NCBI GenBank assembly: GCA_004402915.1
Contig: SORU01000003.1
Span: 15,718 to 79,717, forward strand
Reading direction: 5' to 3'
Origin: Fidelibacterota bacterium MT.SAG.2
GTDB taxonomy: Bacteria; Fidelibacterota; SORT01
DNA: 64,000 nucleotides
Shown here: in pieces, positions 57,699 through 64,000 of the stretch
How the letters are laid out: every line of letters begins with the position of its first letter
Numbering within the stretch: position 1 is the stretch's first letter
Position numbers and translations under genes: made by a program
The notes under the pieces: model-generated
Databases searched by the model: none
What the model was told of the DNA's origin: nothing
What the model saw: the letters and a program-made list of their open reading frames with translations, nothing else

Positions 57699-60422
57699 AT
57701 GAAATCTATTGTAAAAATCATCGTATTATCCATTGTCATGAGTGGTGCAACTTATGCAGGGACGACCGGGAAAATTGTAGGAATGGTAATCGACGAGGAG
57801 ACCGGTCAGCCGTTGATAGGGGCTAATATCATATTAAAAGGTACAAGCATGGGTGCGGCAGCCGATATCACCGGTAGATACATGATTCTTAACGTCCCGC
57901 CCGGCAGATATATTCTGATAGTTAGAATGATCGGATACGCTACAGTCGAATACGAGAATCTTAGAGTATCGATAGATTTAACTACCTCGGTTGATTTCTC
58001 GTTAACAACTCGGGCAGTAGTAGGCGAAGTCGTTACGGTAATAGGCAAAACACCATTGATTCGATTGGATCTGACTTCATCCAGTGTTTCGATCAGCGCC
58101 GAGCAAATTGAGGCATTACCTGTGGATAACTTTACAGATATAATTGCGTTGCAGGCTGGTATAGTGGAAGGGCATTTCCGGGGAGGACGCGCAGGGGAAG
58201 TTCTTTATCTTGTAGACGGTATCCCTGTAAATGACGTATTCTCAGGCGATTTCGCATTTCAAGTAGAAAATAATGCCATACAGGAAATGGAAATAATCAG
58301 CGGAACCTTTAACGCAGAGTATGGCCAGGTACAGTCCGGTGTAGTTAATGTACTGACGAAAGAAGGGGGACAGGAATACTCGGCACAATTTTCGACTTAC
58401 TTCGGAGATTATATTTCGGGTAATGATAACATCTTTCAAAACATCGATGATCTCTCTCCGACAGCGATAAACGACCTAAAAGTAAGCCTTAGCGGACCCT
58501 TTCCAATATTATCAAAGAATCTGACTTTTTTCGTATCAGGCAGACAAAATCGTAACGAGGGGTATTTATATGGAAAAACCATTTACAATCCATCTGTCAT
58601 TACGAGTATAACCGATACATTAGCTACTGTGGAGATAATCGACCTTTCCGGTCAGAACGTTATAAAATTGTCTGATTGGCAGTATCAATCAATGAACAGC
58701 AGTGAGAGAAACTCTTACCAGGGTAAGCTGACTTATGTTTTCAATCCGGAAACGAAAAAAGATAAACTTAACTTCGATGCAAGCTGGCAGGAAGAAGAAA
58801 ATCTCGGAGCTAATTATAATCACCTATTCAGATACAGTCCCGATGGGATGCGGAAGAGGAATAAAACAAGCTGGACCGGCGGAATTAGATGGTCTCGTAT
58901 AGTTAGCCCCAATACGTATTTTACGTTAAACTTTCATCATCTGCAAAACAGGTTGAGAGATGCGACTTTTGAAGATCCTCTCGATCCATTGTACGCCTCA
59001 GATGACCGCCTGAGACAGAGAGGTAATTTCTCATTTTATACCGGCGGAACTGACATGCGGCATCGCCAGCGGGAAACAAGAACCACTCTTGCCAAATTTG
59101 ATTTTACAAGTCAGATTAATTCTGAACATCAACTAAGGGGAGGAATAGAGGGAAAGTTTCACAGGCTTTGGTTTCATGAAATCAGTGTCAGGAAAAATGC
59201 TGGAACGGCGTTTCAATCACAAATACCGATTGAAGGAACGGCATTCAACCAGGAATATATACATAAGCCCAAAGAATATTCTGCGTATATCCAGGATAAA
59301 ATTGAATTGGAATTTCTTATCGTTAACGCCGGTATACGTTTAGATGTTTTTAATCCTGCTGACAGCGTCCTGCAGGATTTTTCACGGCCACAAAAAATAG
59401 ACATCAATAATCCGACAAAAAGTATACCTAGATTTGGAGATGCTGCTAATTCTACTTACCAGTTGAGTCCAAGATTCGGAATAGCTTATCCGATCACTGA
59501 TCGTGGAGTTATACACGTTTCTTACGGTCACTTTTTTCAGACGCCTCTTTATGAATTTTTGTATACCAATCCAAGCTTTTCACTTAACACATCGGAGGGA
59601 AGAGCATCTGTATTCAGCGCTCCATTTGGAAATGCAAATCTTAAACCACAGAAAACAGTTTCTTACGAAATTGGTTTGCAGCAACAGGTATCAGAAGAAA
59701 TTGCCATTGATGTGACAGGGTACTATAAGGATATACGAAACCTTTTAGGTACCAAGATAGAAACTATCGCAACGGGAGAAACACATAGCGGCACGAAATA
59801 TGGAAGGTATATAAATAGGGACTATGGGAATGTTAAGGGATTAATTTTCAGTATCGAAAAAAGACGGAGTAATAATTTTTCTGCTACCTTGGATTATACG
59901 TTACAAATTGCAGCAGGAAACGCCTCTGATCCGAAATCGGTTCTCATAGACAATGCCGCCGATCCGCCGGTTCAGAGCGAAAAACAGCTCGTACCGCTTG
60001 ATTGGGATAGAACACACAGTATAACTTCATCGGTGGCTTTAGGATCACCAAAAGCGCAGATGATAAGTTTGATCGGGAAAATGGGTACAGGGCTTCCGTA
60101 CACTCCCGCTGTTCAAGATCAACGCACAGGTCTTGAAAACAGCGAACGGCGTCCGGTCACTCTGACGTTTGATCTTAGCGCCAGGAAAATATTTTCTTTT
60201 CATGATTATAATCTTACTGCCTTCATCAGGGTATTTAATCTATTTGATCGGTTAAATGAAAGGGAGGTATATAAGGATACAGGCAGAGCGACTTACTCGC
60301 TTGCACAAAATTTGCCCGGTTTGGTTCAAGGGCTTAACAGTAAGGAAGAGTATTTTTTAAGATCTGACTGGTACAGCTCACCGCGTGAAGTCAACATAGG
60401 TATTACAATCGATATCAAATAG
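57699..60422 (+). CDS. TonB-dependent receptor with N-terminal carboxypeptidase-regulatory-like domain
   Basis: Signal peptide; 'TTGKIVG...GQPLIGANI', plug 'RGGRAGEVLYLVDGIPVND', 'GTFNAEYG' and 'SGVVNVLTK'; C-terminal 'PREVNIGITIDIK'. Confidence 0.9.
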   Translation: MKSIVKIIVLSIVMSGATYAGTTGKIVGMVIDEETGQPLIGANIILKGTSMGAAADITGRYMILNVPPGRYILIVRMIGYATVEYENLRVSIDLTTSVDFSLTTRAVVGEVVTVIGKTPLIRLDLTSSSVSISAEQIEALPVDNFTDIIALQAGIVEGHFRGGRAGEVLYLVDGIPVNDVFSGDFAFQVENNAIQEMEIISGTFNAEYGQVQSGVVNVLTKEGGQEYSAQFSTYFGDYISGNDNIFQNIDDLSPTAINDLKVSLSGPFPILSKNLTFFVSGRQNRNEGYLYGKTIYNPSVITSITDTLATVEIIDLSGQNVIKLSDWQYQSMNSSERNSYQGKLTYVFNPETKKDKLNFDASWQEEENLGANYNHLFRYSPDGMRKRNKTSWTGGIRWSRIVSPNTYFTLNFHHLQNRLRDATFEDPLDPLYASDDRLRQRGNFSFYTGGTDMRHRQRETRTTLAKFDFTSQINSEHQLRGGIEGKFHRLWFHEISVRKNAGTAFQSQIPIEGTAFNQEYIHKPKEYSAYIQDKIELEFLIVNAGIRLDVFNPADSVLQDFSRPQKIDINNPTKSIPRFGDAANSTYQLSPRFGIAYPITDRGVIHVSYGHFFQTPLYEFLYTNPSFSLNTSEGRASVFSAPFGNANLKPQKTVSYEIGLQQQVSEEIAIDVTGYYKDIRNLLGTKIETIATGETHSGTKYGRYINRDYGNVKGLIFSIEKRRSNNFSATLDYTLQIAAGNASDPKSVLIDNAADPPVQSEKQLVPLDWDRTHSITSSVALGSPKAQMISLIGKMGTGLPYTPAVQDQRTGLENSERRPVTLTFDLSARKIFSFHDYNLTAFIRVFNLFDRLNEREVYKDTGRATYSLAQNLPGLVQGLNSKEEYFLRSDWYSSPREVNIGITIDIK

Positions 60423-60436
60423 GATATCAGTAAAAA

Positions 60437-63400
60437 TTGAAAATGTATCTTAAAATAATTGTACTAATCTTAACTATATTCGCTCTCACCGATCAAATAT
60501 ATTCGCAAAGGATCCCTGATCCGAATCAAGGGGATGAGCGGTTTACTCAATGGGGAATCATGGATGGTAATCGCGTTCGGACTTTGTATTCCAACCATGC
60601 GGAAATAACCGATTGGCCAAATCAACCATCGGCAGAATGGCCGAAGGGGACGGGTCACTCTTACGTGGATGGAATTGCCGTTATCGTGAGCGCCGAGACA
60701 ATAGATGAATTCGGACATGTCATACATCCGATGAGTACCAATTATAGAGAATTTATAGATAACGATCCTGAAACTGGAATTCCTTGGGGATGGGCTCCCG
60801 TACCGGGATATTCCAACCCAAGACAAAGTTCTCCAGCCAGAAGTGATGATCCCAACACATGGCCTGACATTTGGCCTGATAAAATGTCTGATGCAACTGA
60901 TCCGGGATGGCCGGGAGTGTGGAATGGTTTTTTCGGAAAAGGGATAAAAAATGCTGATCTCGAAACTTATTTTGTAACGGACGACAGTCCTGATAAAGAA
61001 TGGAAAGTTGAATTACCCCCTCAAAGTCACCTCTTTCATCCCGATCCTGATGATACAACACGAGGAGGGCTGGGTTTAGAAATAGCAGTGAGAGGTTTCC
61101 AATGGTCTCATGTTCTTGCTCAGGACGTGATATTCTGGTTCTATGAAATTACCAACGAGGGAAAAACCGATTACGAAAAGGTCATTTTCGCCCAATATAT
61201 TGACTGGGGAATAGGGGGTACAGATGATTCAAGTGATGATGAAGGAGCCTTTAATGTACTTCTCGATATGGCATTCGCATGGGACCGTGACCTATTAGGG
61301 ACACCTGGAGGGTGGGGTCCTGTCGGAGTGGCGGGTTACGCCTTCCTTGAAAGTCCGGGTAAATCACAGGATCTGATCGATAATGATGATGACGGATTAA
61401 TTGATGAGAATAGAACCAATCCAGCCGGTGAGTGGTTGGATGTCTTTCCCTATGGAGTCGATGATCCCGTTAAATTTGAAGCATTTTACAAACGTCCGCC
61501 GACCGAACACTGGGAAGGTGACGAAGATGATGACTGGATCGGGTATAGCGACCTTAACGATAATGGAGTTTGGGATGAGAATGAGGCGCTAAATGATGAC
61601 GTCGGATCAGACGGCATAGGTCCCTTAAATGATGCGTATGAAATACCGGACATAGACGGTACACAAGGTAACGGAATGCCGGATCAAGGCGAGCCGAACT
61701 TCGGTCAGACGGATAAGGATGAATCGGATCAGATAGGTCTCACAGGATTTGAAATATTCGGAGTTCATAAATATGAGCTGACCGATGATGAGGAGAACTG
61801 GAGAATCTTCAGTCAGGCGCTCCCGCCATTGGGAGATCTTATAGACAGAGGGGGACAGAATCTCGGAATGTTCTTTTCATCAGGCAAATTTCCTCTAAAA
61901 GCAGGTCAAACAGAACGGTTTTCCATGGCGATGCTTTTCTCGGAAAAAGATTTCATTGATGTGCTTGACCAAAATCAAATTCTTAATTCTTCGATGGCGC
62001 GCAAAAAAGAAACGGTTCAGCAAATCTATAATGCGGATTATCAGTTCGCTAAACCGCCCGATAAACCCACTCTCAGGGCAGTGCCGGGTGATAAAAAAGT
62101 AGTCCTCTACTGGGATGCTAAAGCCGAAGATTCTTTCGATCCTTTCATAGGCGAAAAAGATTTTGAAGGTTACTTTATCTATAAGAGTACAGAACCGAGT
62201 TTTATAGAGAATCTAACTGTAACAAACACATTCGGTGAATTAACATTCCAGAAACCTATCGCGCAATTTGATCTTAATAATGGTATTTCCGGACTTCATC
62301 CGGTTGATGTGGGGGGTGTGAAATTCTATCTTGGAAGAGACAGCGGGTTGAGACACTTTTTCATAGATACGGATGTGATCAACGGGAGAACTTATTATTA
62401 TGCAGTAGTATCCTATGACAGGGGACTCGTATCTGTGGATATCGATGGTAATCCTGTTGTCGATTCGGGTGGACACGCAAGGGGAATATCTCCTTCCATA
62501 TCGACCGCTATAATAAAGGCGGATATTTCCGGTAACGTAGTTCCTGACAAGAATACGGCAATTGTAACACCTCGTTCTCCATCAGCGGGATTTGTTGTTC
62601 CGTCATTGGATAAAGATATCGCTCATTCCGGTCCTGGTACAGGCAATCTGAAGATAGATATCCTATTTGAAGAGGAAATCAAAGATGGCGCTGAATACGA
62701 AATAACATTTAATAATACCGGTACTCATTTTAATAGTTCGGTTCCAACATATACACTTACTGATCTGACTGATGGTTCAGTTCTATATTCAGATCTTGAT
62801 ATCCGGAATGCCGATGAAGAGATACCGCTTTTTGACGGGATTGTCGGGACTATAGATAACGATAGTACCGTTTCAGTAATTGTTGCCTCAACTAAATGGC
62901 TTGAGGGATCACAATCTAACGTTTTAGTCACGGTAGTAGAGCCGCATAAAGAAGAACGTTCTAACGGAATTTTTACACTTGATTCGAAATTTAACCGCAG
63001 TATACCTTATCCGGCTGATTTCGAAATAATTTTCGACAGTGACTCGGTGGATGTATCACATTCATATGCATTTGGAAAGCCCTTAATTCCATTAAATTTC
63101 AGGATATGGAATATTACAGAAGAGAAATATGAAATTGTTGGTATTATAGAGACTATTAAAGCTGATACCCTGAATAATATATTCGATTGGGACGAAACAA
63201 TTCTGATATTGGGAGGTGACAGCGCTCATTTAGAGCCAAAGTTTCGGAGCGGACACGGCTATTGGGCGATACGGTTCCATGAACCTGAAGATACATTGAT
63301 CACTCCTATTTATCCGCAACCGGGAGATGTGTACCACATAGAAACTACAAAACCGTTCAGAACCGGAGAGACTTTTCAATTTAGCCCAAGTTCAGGGAAA

Positions 63401-63739
63401 TTCACTGATGAGCAAACAAAATTTGATATGGACCGGGTAGCAGTGGTACCGAACCCCTATGTCGGAGCCTCAATTTTCGAACCGCCGAATATATATAAAT
63501 CGGGAAGAGGCGAGAGGAGGATCTGGTTCATTCATTTGCCTGCCGAGTGTACTATCAGGATTTATAATATTCGGGGTTATCTTGTTGAAACTCTTCACCA
63601 CAGCGGGCTGTTGAATAACGGTGAAGAAAAATGGGATTTGACTTCTAAAGATGGAATGAATGTGGCTTATGGGGTTTATATATATCATATTGAGTCTCTC
63701 GTAGGTGAAAAAATTGGAAAGTTTGCTTTGATTAAATAA
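60437..63739 (+). CDS. 1100-aa secreted protein with Ca-binding DxDxDG-like repeats, an FN3-like module and a variant CTD
   Basis: Signal peptide; 'DNDDDGLIDE', 'DLNDNGVWD' and 'DIDGTQGNG'; 'PPDKPTLRAVPGDKKVVLYWD'; tail 'VVPNPY...IRIYNIRGYLV...WDL...GVYIY...GKFALIK'. Confidence 0.7.
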   Translation: MKMYLKIIVLILTIFALTDQIYSQRIPDPNQGDERFTQWGIMDGNRVRTLYSNHAEITDWPNQPSAEWPKGTGHSYVDGIAVIVSAETIDEFGHVIHPMSTNYREFIDNDPETGIPWGWAPVPGYSNPRQSSPARSDDPNTWPDIWPDKMSDATDPGWPGVWNGFFGKGIKNADLETYFVTDDSPDKEWKVELPPQSHLFHPDPDDTTRGGLGLEIAVRGFQWSHVLAQDVIFWFYEITNEGKTDYEKVIFAQYIDWGIGGTDDSSDDEGAFNVLLDMAFAWDRDLLGTPGGWGPVGVAGYAFLESPGKSQDLIDNDDDGLIDENRTNPAGEWLDVFPYGVDDPVKFEAFYKRPPTEHWEGDEDDDWIGYSDLNDNGVWDENEALNDDVGSDGIGPLNDAYEIPDIDGTQGNGMPDQGEPNFGQTDKDESDQIGLTGFEIFGVHKYELTDDEENWRIFSQALPPLGDLIDRGGQNLGMFFSSGKFPLKAGQTERFSMAMLFSEKDFIDVLDQNQILNSSMARKKETVQQIYNADYQFAKPPDKPTLRAVPGDKKVVLYWDAKAEDSFDPFIGEKDFEGYFIYKSTEPSFIENLTVTNTFGELTFQKPIAQFDLNNGISGLHPVDVGGVKFYLGRDSGLRHFFIDTDVINGRTYYYAVVSYDRGLVSVDIDGNPVVDSGGHARGISPSISTAIIKADISGNVVPDKNTAIVTPRSPSAGFVVPSLDKDIAHSGPGTGNLKIDILFEEEIKDGAEYEITFNNTGTHFNSSVPTYTLTDLTDGSVLYSDLDIRNADEEIPLFDGIVGTIDNDSTVSVIVASTKWLEGSQSNVLVTVVEPHKEERSNGIFTLDSKFNRSIPYPADFEIIFDSDSVDVSHSYAFGKPLIPLNFRIWNITEEKYEIVGIIETIKADTLNNIFDWDETILILGGDSAHLEPKFRSGHGYWAIRFHEPEDTLITPIYPQPGDVYHIETTKPFRTGETFQFSPSSGKFTDEQTKFDMDRVAVVPNPYVGASIFEPPNIYKSGRGERRIWFIHLPAECTIRIYNIRGYLVETLHHSGLLNNGEEKWDLTSKDGMNVAYGVYIYHIESLVGEKIGKFALIK

Positions 63740-64000
63740 TGAGAATACATATGATAAAATGGATTCAGCTGTTCGCAATAATACTTTTAGTGAATGTAGG
63801 GTATTCGCAGAATTTTGTGAGTAATGTTTCGAAAGTAGGCACATCATCAGCGCCGTTTCTTACTGTTCCTATCGGCCCGCGAGCCATTTCAATGGGTGGC
63901 GCCTTTGTGGCTCTGTCCGATGATGCCTCAGCCCTTTACTGGAATCCGAGCGGTATTACCAGGCTGGACAGGAATGAATTTGTTGCGATCCACAGTGAAT
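63739..64000 (+). CDS. PorV/PorQ-family outer-membrane protein, 3'-truncated (missing from the ORF track)
   Basis: ATG at 63739 (TAATG overlap) or 63751; reads MIKWIQLFAIILLVNVGYSQNFVSNVSKVGTSSAPFLTVPIGPRAISMGGAFVALSDDASALYWNPSG... Confidence 0.85.
   Translation, partial: MRIHMIKWIQLFAIILLVNVGYSQNFVSNVSKVGTSSAPFLTVPIGPRAISMGGAFVALSDDASALYWNPSGITRLDRNEFVAIHSE

Noticed and set aside
1857-63847. Numerous short overlapping ORFs in the track (e.g. 1857-2252, 14852-15103, 18681-19142, 30116-30499, 63470-63847)
   Set aside because: They lie within or opposite genes with clear motifs and have no recognisable motif of their own.

Overview
64-kb window from a Gram-negative bacterium. PorV/PorQ-like barrels and T9SS type-A C-terminal sorting tails suggest an FCB-type lineage (e.g. 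Marinimicrobia/Calditrichota/KSB1-like); this is an inference. Four blocks. (1) 1-6980: cell-envelope and housekeeping genes (PorQ/V-like barrel, HhH outer-membrane protein, amidase, murI, folC) ending in tRNA-Lys(CTT). (2) ~6981-37000: an accessory patchwork with no integrase seen. It holds two IolG-like dehydrogenases, a T9SS-tailed PelA/GH114-like hydrolase, MscS, a TMEM175 channel fused to an Fe-S domain, a FixL-like PAS kinase, a rhodanese, an ArsR/permease unit with an unannotated 10-Cys mini-protein, an octaheme HAO-family cytochrome plus membrane partner divergent from E. coli-type frdABCD, and a kinase + REC-TrxB-like cassette flanked by 92-bp direct repeats. Its intergenic spaces contain gene relics and several families of degenerate dispersed repeats. 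(3) 37239-47629: complete hemA-C-D-E-N-H-Y-B-L operon. (4) 48127-64000: sugar salvage genes followed by a LacI-controlled glycan-utilisation locus with no SusD (GH5-like hydrolase, CBM-like T9SS protein with a 1006-bp near-perfect internal duplication, TonB-dependent receptor, 1100-aa Ca-binding/CTD protein, PorV-like barrel running off the end). Three Rossmann-fold genes appear to start at near-cognate codons (ATA, ATA, CTG). All calls come from motif recognition and by-eye alignment; no database searches were run.
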